Below, in pieces: positions 55,633-64,000 of a stretch of 64,000 bases of DNA (positions are counted from its first letter, which is position 1; each line of letters starts with the position of its first letter). Source of the stretch: Vicinamibacterales bacterium (GTDB taxonomy: Bacteria > Acidobacteriota > Vicinamibacteria > Vicinamibacterales > UBA8438); NCBI GenBank assembly GCA_965207675.1, contig CBDBMY010000006.1, positions 134,983 to 198,982 on the forward strand, in the 5' to 3' direction. The notes under the pieces are model-generated. The model saw only the letters and a list, made by a program, of their open reading frames with translations, was not told the DNA's origin and ran no database searches. The translations under genes were made by a program, and so were the position numbers.

Positions 55633-56414
55633 GGCTTCGTTCGCAGGAGAACCGATGACGGAATCTGTACGCGCTCCAACTCCTCCGCGTTCATCACCTG
55701 CACACAGGCGATCAGACGTCTGCGCAGTTCTTCACTCCGCCCCGAGCGCGACACCGCTTCGTGGGCGCCCGACCCATCCAGCAAATCCTCTGGAGCCGAA
55801 AGGTCCTGCTCCTCGAACCAAGCCACCAGATGTGCATGGACCTTCTTCTTCAGGTACTCGTTCCAACGATGCCTTACAGGCGCCGCAAGAACGCTCGCGG
55901 GAAGTCGCCGTTCCGTCCACTGCTCGGTCCGGTCGTCCCGTTCGTCATCGCCAAGGGTGTCGGAAAAGGCTCTCTTCCACTCGTTGAAGCTCTCCTCCGT
56001 CAGGGTCGGAAGAGTTGGTCCCGGTTCTGCGGCTTCGCTCGCGCGCCGGGCAACGCGTTCGCCCAGATCCCAGACGTAATTCTCGTTGCCGGAGAAGTCC
56101 AACGTCGCCCACCAGAGATCGGATCGAATTCGCGTCCGTGCGGATATCGATTCGACACCGGGCGGTGGAGCGCCCTCCCTAAAGATCGCGATCGGCGGCG
56201 TTTGGCTCACATCGATATCAAGAATGGCGGAATGCCCCCTTACGAACTCCAGGAACGTCGTCGCTCCGTGGTCCGACTCCCGAAAGGTCCGTTCTGTGAG
56301 ATCGAGCAAGCGATTCTTGAGAACAGCCACACTCATTCTGTACCAATCCGGCCGACCTGTCTCTTTCGCCTTCTCGAAGGCGTGCTGGATCAGTTCGTGT
56401 GGATCTGGCGGCAT
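55629..56414 (-). CDS. Unknown 261-aa protein with an N-terminal OST-HTH/LOTUS-like segment (first gene of a coupled pair)
   Basis: ATG 56414. DWYRMSVAVLKNRLLDLTERTFRESDHGATTFLEFVRGHSAILDI resembles OST-HTH domains. The remainder is acidic and helical with no recognised family. Confidence 0.55.
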   Translation of the reverse strand: MPPDPHELIQHAFEKAKETGRPDWYRMSVAVLKNRLLDLTERTFRESDHGATTFLEFVRGHSAILDIDVSQTPPIAIFREGAPPPGVESISARTRIRSDLWWATLDFSGNENYVWDLGERVARRASEAAEPGPTLPTLTEESFNEWKRAFSDTLGDDERDDRTEQWTERRLPASVLAAPVRHRWNEYLKKKVHAHLVAWFEEQDLSAPEDLLDGSGAHEAVSRSGRSEELRRRLIACVQVMNAEELERVQIPSSVLLRTKP

Positions 56415-56555
56415 GGCGGCTCAAGATCGGAACCTATCGCGTGTAGTATTTCATGCCGCCGCCTTGGTTGGTCGCATCGCTTGCATATACAACAACGCCG
56501 ATGACGGTGGGCAGCCCCGTCATCGGCGAGGCATTGCGCAGCATGCGGTTGACGA

Positions 56556-57908
56556 CTACACGCCGGCGAGCGGCTCAAGCGGGAGCGTCCCGGTGGCGTC
56601 GCCGAACTTCTCGGCCGGCACCCCGGCGCGCTGGAGCATCGCGACGAGGAGGTTGTTCATCGGGGTGTCCTTCGAGTGGCGCAGGACGCGGCCGCCCTTC
56701 ACCCCGCCGGCCCCGCCGATCATGACCAGGGGCAGGTCGATGTGCGAGTGCTCGTTGGCGTCGCTGATGCCGCCGCCGTGCAGGACCAGCGAGTGGTCGA
56801 GCAGGTTGCCGTCGCCGTCCGGGGTCGACTTCAGCTTGTCGAGGAAGTGCGCGGTGAGGCCGATGTGGTACTGGTTGACCTTGGCGCCCTGCTCGAACTT
56901 GAGGGGGTCGTGCTGGTGGTGCGACACCGCGTGGTGCGCGGCGTTCACGCCCAGCTCGGGATAGGCGCGGTTGGTCTGCTCCTTGCCGAGGGTGAACACG
57001 AAGACGCGGGTGATGTCGGCCTTGAAGGCGACGGCCAGCAGGTCGAACATCAGCTTCGCGTGCGCGTCGTAGTCCTCGGGCACGCCGATGGGCCGATCGG
57101 GCAGCTCGAGGACCGACTCGCCGTGCTGCCGCTCGGCGACCTGGATGCGGCGCTCGATCTCGCGCACCGAGTCGAGGTACTCGCCGACGCTGTTGCGGTC
57201 GGCCGCCCCCAGCCGCTTCTGAAGCTGCGAGATGTCCTGCGTCACCCAGTCGAGGATGCTGCGGTCCTCCTGGAGCTGCGCGAGCCGCTGCTCGGGGGTG
57301 CCGCCGTCGCCGAACATGCGCTGGAAGACGATGCGCGGGTTCGTCTCGTGGGGGTTCGGGGTGGTGGCGGTGCGCCACGAGATGCTGTTGGTGTAGACGC
57401 AGCTGTAGCCGTTGTCGCAGTTGCCGATGAGGTAGGTCTGCTCCATCGCCAGCTCGAGCGACGTCAGCGGCGTGTCGCCGCCGATGTGCTGCGCGGCGAT
57501 CTGGTCGGCGGTGATGCCGTTGCGGACGTCGGCGCCCTCGGTCTCCTTCGGGTGCACCCCGCTGAGCCAGACGGTGCCGGCCCGCGAGTGCTCGCCGTTG
57601 CCGTCGCCGAGGGCCTCGGCCTGCTTCTGGCTGAGGCCGATGGGGACGACGACCTGGTCCTGGAACGGGGCGAGGGGGCTGAGCGTGCGCGACAGCTCGG
57701 TGAGCTTCCCGTCGCCGGCCGGCTGCCACGACTTCATCACCGCCCCGTTGGGGATGTAGACGAAGCCGAGCCGGCGCACCGGCTTCGCCGCGGTGCTGGC
57801 GAGCGCGGTGGCGGCGGGCACCATCGCGTCGAGCAGCGGCAGCGCGAGGCTGACCCCCATGCCGCGGAGGAACGTCCGACGGGGCAACGCCATCTTGCTG
57901 ATGAACAT
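56556..57908 (-). CDS. DUF1552 domain protein
   Basis: MFISKMALPRRTFLRGMGVSLALPLLDAM is the hallmark Tat-like N-terminus of DUF1552. It forms the usual partnership with the PSCyt/DUF1592 gene upstream. Confidence 0.85.
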   Translation of the reverse strand: MFISKMALPRRTFLRGMGVSLALPLLDAMVPAATALASTAAKPVRRLGFVYIPNGAVMKSWQPAGDGKLTELSRTLSPLAPFQDQVVVPIGLSQKQAEALGDGNGEHSRAGTVWLSGVHPKETEGADVRNGITADQIAAQHIGGDTPLTSLELAMEQTYLIGNCDNGYSCVYTNSISWRTATTPNPHETNPRIVFQRMFGDGGTPEQRLAQLQEDRSILDWVTQDISQLQKRLGAADRNSVGEYLDSVREIERRIQVAERQHGESVLELPDRPIGVPEDYDAHAKLMFDLLAVAFKADITRVFVFTLGKEQTNRAYPELGVNAAHHAVSHHQHDPLKFEQGAKVNQYHIGLTAHFLDKLKSTPDGDGNLLDHSLVLHGGGISDANEHSHIDLPLVMIGGAGGVKGGRVLRHSKDTPMNNLLVAMLQRAGVPAEKFGDATGTLPLEPLAGV

Positions 57909-58080
57909 GACAGTCAGTCTCCTCGACCCGAACTCGACGTCCTGGACCGAAAGACCGGAGCCATGCGGCTCCGTACTTCCGCCCGACCGATCCTACACGA
58001 CTCCGAGCGATTCGGCAGCCTGGCCTCGCGGCCTGCCACTGCACTCTCTACCAACAGCTGCGCCACCACCGCGGCAGCAC

Positions 58081-58134
58081 CGCAGCCGACTCCGCGGTCG
58101 CGTCAACCGCAGCCGACTCCGCGGTCGCGTCAAC
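58081..58134. repeat. Perfect 27-nt tandem duplication (CGCAGCCGACTCCGCGGTCGCGTCAAC x2)
   Basis: The copies lie at 58081-58107 and 58108-58134, inside the ~400-nt spacer between the DUF1592 and DUF1552 genes. Confidence 0.8.
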
Positions 58135-58313
58135 CGTCGTGACCGCCCACCTGCGGCTTCACCGCACCCGGGTAGCGCCGCCGACTCAATCGACCCTGCG
58201 GTCCGCGCCGTCCTACGGCGCAATCCTCATCGCAGGGCCACCCTTCCTCGCCCGCGGCTCGACCTCGCTCGACCCAGCGGACCGGAGCCGGCGTCGTCCC
58301 CCGGTGTCGATGC

Positions 58314-60767
58314 CTACTCCGCCTCCGCCACGACGCCGGCCAGCCGCATCCGGAACGGCGTGCTCTGCACCACGCCGACCACCAGGGCGGCGAGGCCGTA
58401 GTCGTCCGCCGCCGAGCCGCGGACGATCTGCCGCACCGCCGGCGCGTCGTAGTACTCGATGCCGCGGCCGAGCGCGTAGATCAGCAGCTTCTCGGTCACC
58501 ACCGTCGCAAACTGCTCCTGGTCGCGCACGAGCAGGCCGCGCAGCTCGGCCGGCCCGTCGAACGCGGTCCCGTCGGGCATGGTGCCCGAGGCGTCGATGG
58601 CGATGCCGCCGGGCATGTGCCCGCGCCAACGACCGACCGCGTCGAAGTTCTCGAGGGCCAGCCCCAGCGGGTCCATCACGCGGTGGCAACTCGCGCACAC
58701 GGGGTTCTCGCGGTGCTGCTCCATGCGCTCGCGCATCGCCAGCACCCGGCCGGCGTCCTCGGCCGGCTCGAGCTCGGGGACGTTCGGCGGCGGGGGCGGC
58801 GGGGGCGTGCCCAGCACGTTCTCGAGCACCCACTTGCCGCGGCCCACCGGCGAAGTGCGGTCCGGGTACGAGGTCACGGTGAGGATGCTGCCCTGGCCGA
58901 GCAGCCCACGGCGGTTGCCGTCGGCGAGCGACACGCGACGGAAGTCGCTGCCGTAGACGCCGGGGATGCCGTAGTGCCGGGCGAGGCGCTCGTTCAGGAA
59001 CGTGTGGTCGGCCGTCAGCAGGTCGATGACGCTCCGGCCCTCGCGGAGGATGCTGTCGAAGAACAGCTCCGTCTCGCGCACGAAGTCCTGCCGCAGGCTC
59101 TCGCCGAAGTCGGGGAAAAGTACGTCCGAGGGCAGGGCCCCCGAGATGTTGCGCAGGCGCAGCCACTGCCCCGCGAAGTGCTTGGCGAGGGCCTCGGAGC
59201 GGGGGTCGGCGAGCATCCGCCGCACCTGCGTCTCGAGGGCGGCGGGATCCTCCAGGCCGCCCGCCTCGGCGACGGCCAGCAGCTCGTCGTCGGGCAGGCT
59301 GCTCCACAGGAAGAACGAGATGCGCGACGCCAGCTCGAGGCCGCTCAGCCGGTAGGGCGTGCCGGGCTCGGCCCCCGGCGGGTCCGAGACCACCCGGAAC
59401 AGGAAGTCGGGGCTCACGAGCAGGGCCCGGAGCGCCCGCTCGATGCCCGCCTCGAAGCCGCCGGCCCTGCGCCCTTGCTCGTAGAAGGCCACCAGCGGGG
59501 CGAGGTCCCGCCCGGTGACGGGGCGGCGGTAGGCGCGGCGGGCCAGGGCCGACAGGACCTGCCGGGCGCAGGGCGCCTCCTCGGCCGCGTTCCCGGGCCG
59601 GCAGACGAAGATGCGGCGCCGTGTCGGGGTGTCCTCGATGCCGGTCTCGTCGAACGGCCCGGTAATGGTGACGGTGCCCAGGTGCGGGGCGTACAACAGG
59701 TAGTCGCCCTCGCCGTGGGGGCGGTCGAACGGCTGCCGGAGGCTCTCGGCCAGCGCGCCGGTCTTCCTGATGAAGGTGGCGGTGACCGTGCGCGGGCCGG
59801 CTGCGACGGGAACGCGCACCCGCAGGTCCTCGGGCCCGGTGTTGTAGGCGGCGCCCTGGTCCCGGTCGGGGTCGACCGGCGCGAGCGGGAACAGGGCGAC
59901 CCGCTCGCCGTCCACGCTGACCTCGAGCTGGTGCGGCTCGCGGATCGGGGCGCCGGCGAACAGGTCGAGCATGGCGAGCTCGATGTCGTACTCGCCGTCC
60001 CGCGGGAAGTTGTAGGACACCGAGAGGCCGCCGCGGGTGCCGAACGGCAGGCCGTCCTGGTGCCCGTACTGCGACAGGTCGGAGACGATGCGGAACGTCT
60101 CGCCGGTCGGGGCCATCGGCGACGCACCCACCGCGAGCCGGCTGATGAAGCGCGCCGCGTTCATGTAGCGCTCGAGCAGGGTCGGCGACACCTTGAGGAC
60201 GCCGGCGATGTTGTCGAACCCGTAGCTCTGGTCGTCGGCCGGCACCAGGGCCGCCGCGTCGACGTCGAGAGCGAGGAGATCCCGGACGGCGTTCTGGTAC
60301 TCGGTGCGGTTCAGCCGGTGCAGGGGCACGGTCCGGCCGGGGTTCGGGCTCGCCGCCGCGGCCCGGTCAATCTCGGTCTCGAGCCACGCCGCGAGGCGGT
60401 CGGACGCCCCCGCGTCGGGGCGCGGGCGCCCGAGGGGCGGCATGGTGCCGGTGCGGACCTTGCGGATGACCTTCTCCCAGATCTCGGCCTGGGCCGGCAC
60501 GTTCTCGAGGTCGGCGGTCTCGAGCTCGACGGGGACCGTGCCGCGCTCCATCATGCGCGGGGTGTGGCAGGTCAGGCAGTATCGCTGGAGCAACGCGGCA
60601 TGGCCGGCGATCTCGCTGGCGCGAGCGGCACTCACGCTCTCCGGCGCTGCCGCCGGCTCCTGGGACTGGCCGGCCTGGGCCGGCCCGCCCGCGGCGAGCA
60701 CCGAGACCACCACGATGCCGGCGAGCCGCCATGAACGCCGTTTGGACGCCTGCTCCATCGCCATCAT
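58314..60767 (-). CDS. Planctomycete-cytochrome-type (PSCyt) haem protein with DUF1592/DUF1595/DUF1587/DUF1588/DUF1585-like architecture
   Basis: The start is ATG 60767 (MMAMEQASKRRSWRLAGIVVVSVLAAG). CxxCH occurs at CLTCH near the N-terminus and at CASCHRVMDPLGLALENFDAVGRWR near the C-terminus (the DUF1588/1585 signature as I recall it). Confidence 0.85.
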   Translation of the reverse strand: MMAMEQASKRRSWRLAGIVVVSVLAAGGPAQAGQSQEPAAAPESVSAARASEIAGHAALLQRYCLTCHTPRMMERGTVPVELETADLENVPAQAEIWEKVIRKVRTGTMPPLGRPRPDAGASDRLAAWLETEIDRAAAASPNPGRTVPLHRLNRTEYQNAVRDLLALDVDAAALVPADDQSYGFDNIAGVLKVSPTLLERYMNAARFISRLAVGASPMAPTGETFRIVSDLSQYGHQDGLPFGTRGGLSVSYNFPRDGEYDIELAMLDLFAGAPIREPHQLEVSVDGERVALFPLAPVDPDRDQGAAYNTGPEDLRVRVPVAAGPRTVTATFIRKTGALAESLRQPFDRPHGEGDYLLYAPHLGTVTITGPFDETGIEDTPTRRRIFVCRPGNAAEEAPCARQVLSALARRAYRRPVTGRDLAPLVAFYEQGRRAGGFEAGIERALRALLVSPDFLFRVVSDPPGAEPGTPYRLSGLELASRISFFLWSSLPDDELLAVAEAGGLEDPAALETQVRRMLADPRSEALAKHFAGQWLRLRNISGALPSDVLFPDFGESLRQDFVRETELFFDSILREGRSVIDLLTADHTFLNERLARHYGIPGVYGSDFRRVSLADGNRRGLLGQGSILTVTSYPDRTSPVGRGKWVLENVLGTPPPPPPPNVPELEPAEDAGRVLAMRERMEQHRENPVCASCHRVMDPLGLALENFDAVGRWRGHMPGGIAIDASGTMPDGTAFDGPAELRGLLVRDQEQFATVVTEKLLIYALGRGIEYYDAPAVRQIVRGSAADDYGLAALVVGVVQSTPFRMRLAGVVAEAE

Positions 60768-60984
60768 GCTGCTGTGCCTTCCGGGTATGCGGGACCGAGC
60801 CTGCAATCGTACAGCTTCCGCCCAAGGTGTCAACCCGGCGGCAGAGACGATCTGGCCGGCGGTGCCCGGTACCGACTCGGAGACGCGGTTGGTGGTCCAG
60901 TGAAAGACCCGTCGGCTCCACATGGCCCGGCCGACCCGCCGGAATCAGAGCCCGCAACGCGACCCGAGAGCCGCGGCGGGGACC

Positions 60985-61287
60985 CTACCGTTCCCGCTCG
61001 GAGAGCACGGCAACCGCCTCGGCAAGCAGTTGGATCTGATGCCGCAGGCTCTCGGCGACCACGTCGAAGTGGACGCGCAGCCGCTGCTCCGACTCGCTCA
61101 CCGCGTGGCGCAACTCCTCCTTCGTCGCCAGCGGCGCGACGGCCGCCCGCAACTCCTCCTTCGTCGCCAACGGCGCGATGGCGACCGTCAGATCGCCCCT
61201 TGTCGCGAGAATCGGCAGAATCTGCTCGATTCGATCGAGCCGACGTTCGCAGTTCCCGACACGCTGATCCATCTGCTCGGCCCGCAT
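60985..61287 (-). CDS. Small coiled-coil protein with an internal 13-aa (39-nt) tandem repeat
   Basis: ATG 61287. MRAEQMDQRVGNCERRLDRIEQ...; APLATKEELRAAV/APLATKEELRHAV. The function is unknown. Confidence 0.4.
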   Translation of the reverse strand: MRAEQMDQRVGNCERRLDRIEQILPILATRGDLTVAIAPLATKEELRAAVAPLATKEELRHAVSESEQRLRVHFDVVAESLRHQIQLLAEAVAVLSERER

Positions 61288-61508
61288 GGCTCCCTCTGTC
61301 TCATAACGGCGGCGGGTCGCGAGCCGGTCACCGGACCGGGACCGCCGCAAGCACCGTCGATCAGGGCAAGAGCCGTGCCAATATCGGCGAAATCCGTCGC
61401 CGCCAGTCGCCACCACATCCCGGTTGCGGATCGATCGAACGGAAAGGTAGCATACAAGCCTTCATTGTGGGCCGGGCCCACGCTCGACCGTGACGCTTGG
61501 AGACATCG

Positions 61509-63053
61509 ATGCGCACGAATCCTGAATTGGAGTCGCGGCCCGTCGCCATCCGGATTCTGGCCCTCGTCGGTGCGGGACTACTGACAGCCGCCTCGGCCGG
61601 CGCCGCCGCGGTGCCGCTCGTCGACGCCGCGAAGGCGGAGGACGCCGCCGCCGTGCGCGCTCTGCTCGAGCAGCAGGTCGACGTGAACGCGGCCGAGGTG
61701 GACGGCACCACCGCGCTGCACTGGGCGGCCTACCAGGGCGACGTCGCGACGGCCCGCCTCCTGCTGGCGGCAGGGGCCCGCACCGGCGTCACGAACCGGT
61801 ACGGCGTGACGCCGCTCGCGCTGGCCGCGGAGCGGGGCGAAGCCCGCATCGTCGGGGCGCTGCTCGAAGCCGGCGCCGACCCCAACGCCACCCTGCCCGA
61901 GGGCGAGACGGTGCTGATGGCCGCCGCCCGCGCCGGCGACGTCGACACGTTGCGGCTGCTGCTCGCCCACGGCGCCGACGTGGCGGCGCGCGAGAGCTGG
62001 CGCGGCCAGACCGCGCTGATGTGGGCCGCCGCCCAGAACCACGCGCGGGCGGTGCACACCCTGATCGAGCTCGGGGCCCGCGTCGACGAGCGCTCCGACG
62101 CCGGCTGGTCGGCGCTGCTCTTCGCGGTGCGGGCCGGGCAGGCCGGGGCGGTCGACGCGCTCCTCGCGGCCGGGGCCGACGTGAACGACACCATCCGCCC
62201 CCTGTCGGCGGAGGCGGAGGCAGCGCCGGGACGCGGCGTGGGCGGCCCCGCGGGCACCAGCGCGCTGGTCATCGCGGTGACCAACGGGCACTTTTCGCTC
62301 GCGAAGCACCTCGTCGAGCGGGGCGCCGACCCCAACGCGGCCGAGCAGGGCTGGACCGCCCTGCACCAGCTTTCATACACCCGCCGTCCGAACTCGGGCA
62401 AGGGCATGCCCCCGGTGCGGCTGCTCGACAGCCTCGACACCCTCGAGTTCGCGCGGTTCCTGCTCGAGAACGGGGCCGACCCGAACCTGCGCCAGACCCG
62501 GCGGTTCAACAACCGCGAGCGGAACAACCTGAACCGCGTGGGCGCCACCCCCTACCTGCTCGCGGCCAAGCACGCCGACGTCCCGATGATGCAGCTCCTC
62601 GCCGACCACGGCGCCGACACCCGAATGCCGACCGAGGGCAACGCCTCGCCGCTGATGGTGGCGGCCGGGGTCGGCATCTTCAACGTGGGCGAGAGCGCCG
62701 GCACCAACGACGAGGCGTTCGGCGCGGTGCAGCTCGCCTGGGAGCTCGGCGACCGTAGCGTGCTGCAGGCCGACGACCGGGGATACACGGCCCTGCACGG
62801 GGCGGCCCTGCGGGGGGCGAACCCCATCGTCGAGTTCCTCGTCGACCGCGGGGCGGACATCCTGGCCGAGAGCCGCGAGGGCTGGACGCCCCTCCGCATC
62901 GCCGACGGCGTGCACTACACCGGCACCGTCAAGCGCGCCGACCACACGGCCGAGCTGCTGCGCCGATACATGCGCGAGCAGGGCGTCTACCGCGCCGAGC
63001 ACGAGCGCGACGTCAACAGCGTGGCGGTGGTCAGGCCGGCTGGCGGCCAGTAG
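61509..63053 (+). CDS. Secreted ankyrin-repeat protein
   Basis: ATG 61509 (the ORF opens at TTG 61497). A signal peptide is present. There are at least 8 repeats of the G.T(A/P)L..AA..G....V..LL..GAD pattern. Confidence 0.8.
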   Translation: MRTNPELESRPVAIRILALVGAGLLTAASAGAAAVPLVDAAKAEDAAAVRALLEQQVDVNAAEVDGTTALHWAAYQGDVATARLLLAAGARTGVTNRYGVTPLALAAERGEARIVGALLEAGADPNATLPEGETVLMAAARAGDVDTLRLLLAHGADVAARESWRGQTALMWAAAQNHARAVHTLIELGARVDERSDAGWSALLFAVRAGQAGAVDALLAAGADVNDTIRPLSAEAEAAPGRGVGGPAGTSALVIAVTNGHFSLAKHLVERGADPNAAEQGWTALHQLSYTRRPNSGKGMPPVRLLDSLDTLEFARFLLENGADPNLRQTRRFNNRERNNLNRVGATPYLLAAKHADVPMMQLLADHGADTRMPTEGNASPLMVAAGVGIFNVGESAGTNDEAFGAVQLAWELGDRSVLQADDRGYTALHGAALRGANPIVEFLVDRGADILAESREGWTPLRIADGVHYTGTVKRADHTAELLRRYMREQGVYRAEHERDVNSVAVVRPAGGQ

Positions 63054-63577
63054 CGAGCGCCGGCGACCCCGACCGTCCGAATCGACGTTACGTCCGCAAC
63101 CACTCGGGGAAGCTCGATCGACCGCCTTCGCCACCGGCGACGGCTGTCCTCTGGACGCGCCGTCCCCCTCCCGGCTTCGGCCGCATCGAGCGGGGGTGCA
63201 CGACGCCGCGGGGTCGCCTGTCTTGCGCCACTACCCACCCTCATACATACCGACCTCATCGGGACGCTGACGACGAACAGGGACTCCTGACGACCCTTCC
63301 CGATTCTGCGGCACGCGTACCACCCAACCTCATCGGGACCCTGACGACGATCCGCCTCGCCGCGTACCAACCCGCAAGTCCGTAGACGACAGGTGCGCTC
63401 GGGTGTGGTCGGCAACTCGAGGTCGTCCACCGTCCTTGCCAGCCGAAGCCCGTGCGAACTCCCGGCACGGCGGAATCGTCCTAGTGCTGTAAGGGTCCGC
63501 CGCCCGGCCTGCAAGGCTCGATCCCCCGGAAGGCGCGACCACGCCGTCAAACCAGACCGCCTGTGGGGCACCACCAC

Positions 63578-64000
63578 ATGGACACACTTCTGCAGGATCT
63601 CCGACACACCGCCCGCGGGCTCGTCCGCAGCCCCGGCTTCACCCTCGCCGCCGTCGCGGCGCTGGCCCTGGGCATCGGGGCGGCCACCGCGGTCTTCTCC
63701 ATCGTCAACACGGTGCTGCTGAAGCCGGCGCCGTTCCCCGAGCCCGATCGCATCGTGTGGCTGCAGGTGGTGTCGCCGCAGGGCCGCAACCCCGGCGGGT
63801 CCCCGGCGAAGTTCGCGTACTGGCGGGCGCAGGACGACGTGCTGCAGCACGTGTCCGCCTTCCGGGGAGGCCGCATCAACGACACCGGCGGCGACGTGCC
63901 CGAGCAGTTGCGCTGGGCCCAGGTGTCGGCCGACTACTTCCGGCTCTTCGGCGCCGCCATCGTCTCGGGGCGCGCCTTCACGGCCGAGGAGGACCTGCCC
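63578..64000 (+). CDS. MacB/FtsX-type (ADOP-like) ABC permease, 5' part (runs off the right edge)
   Basis: ATG 63578. MDTLLQDLRHTARGLVRSPGFTLAAVAALALGIGAATAVFSIVNTVLLKPAPFPEPDRIV is the canonical ADOP/MacB N-terminus. The frame is open to base 64000. Confidence 0.75.
   Translation, partial: MDTLLQDLRHTARGLVRSPGFTLAAVAALALGIGAATAVFSIVNTVLLKPAPFPEPDRIVWLQVVSPQGRNPGGSPAKFAYWRAQDDVLQHVSAFRGGRINDTGGDVPEQLRWAQVSADYFRLFGAAIVSGRAFTAEEDLP

Noticed and set aside
52579-56471. A 9/10 inverted 10-mer at the two edges of the low-GC island (52579-52588 and 56462-56471), considered as terminal inverted repeats.
   Set aside because: It is too short and imperfect to distinguish from chance in 4 kb. It is mentioned only as something to re-examine with homologous islands.
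56440-56555. A 36-codon minus-strand ORF (MLRNASPMTGLPTVIGVVVYASDATNQGGGMKYYTR) at the right edge of the island. It was checked as the possible missing haem-binding N-terminus of the truncated cytochrome c.
   Set aside because: It has no CxxCH, no ribosome-binding site and no recognisable motif. It is probably non-coding junction DNA.
63253-63350. A 24-nt direct repeat ACCTCATCGGGAC.CTGACGACGA (63253-63276 and 63327-63350) upstream of the last permease gene.
   Set aside because: Only two copies are present, with no hairpin and no link to other elements. It may be an operator pair, but I cannot support any function.
1-64000. A search by eye for tRNA, rRNA, tmRNA, RNase P and riboswitch signatures in the intergenic regions.
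   Set aside because: No T-loop (GGTTCGAATCC-like) contexts, rRNA-like stretches or familiar riboswitch cores were recognised. Absence by eye is weak evidence, so tRNAscan-SE and Infernal should be run.

Overview
A 64 kb high-GC bacterial chromosomal segment. G+C is roughly 65-75% from hand counts of sample lines. The gene content is MacB/ADOP-type orphan permeases, an Oar-like TonB-dependent receptor, a PSCyt/DUF1592 + DUF1552 pair, and an ECF sigma factor with a Ser/Thr kinase. This suggests an Acidobacteriota-like genome (an inference, with no search possible). I support about 55 protein genes, mostly enzymes, transporters and envelope proteins. I recognised no rRNA, tRNA or CRISPR array. 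Many long ORFs in the track are antisense or alternative-frame shadows typical of high-GC DNA. Accessory content is substantial. (1) A ~4 kb low-GC island at 52.6-56.5 kb holds a Pycsar-like class III cyclase + TM effector pair, an IS3 transposase stub, a non-coding stretch bounded by a promoter and a terminator, and a translationally coupled two-gene operon of unknown function. This island is my best candidate for an undescribed defence-type module. (2) An ABC/AAA_15-21-type ATPase is coupled to a DUF4276-like (TOPRIM-like) partner at 15.6-17.8 kb. (3) There are three toxin-antitoxin loci: parDE, vapBC and an orphan FitA-like RHH gene, plus an orphan parD paralog. (4) An ~82-nt REP-like hairpin repeat family occurs at five or more intergenic sites. 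(5) Many genes are decayed: a beheaded TolC-like gene, a frameshifted and deleted MacB-type permease, a frameshifted lactonase-like lipoprotein, and stubs of SolA-like, glycosyltransferase, AAA-ATPase, Uma2 and cytochrome c genes. All functional calls rest on motif and architecture recognition by eye. Coordinates of non-ORF features are good to about 1-2 nt.
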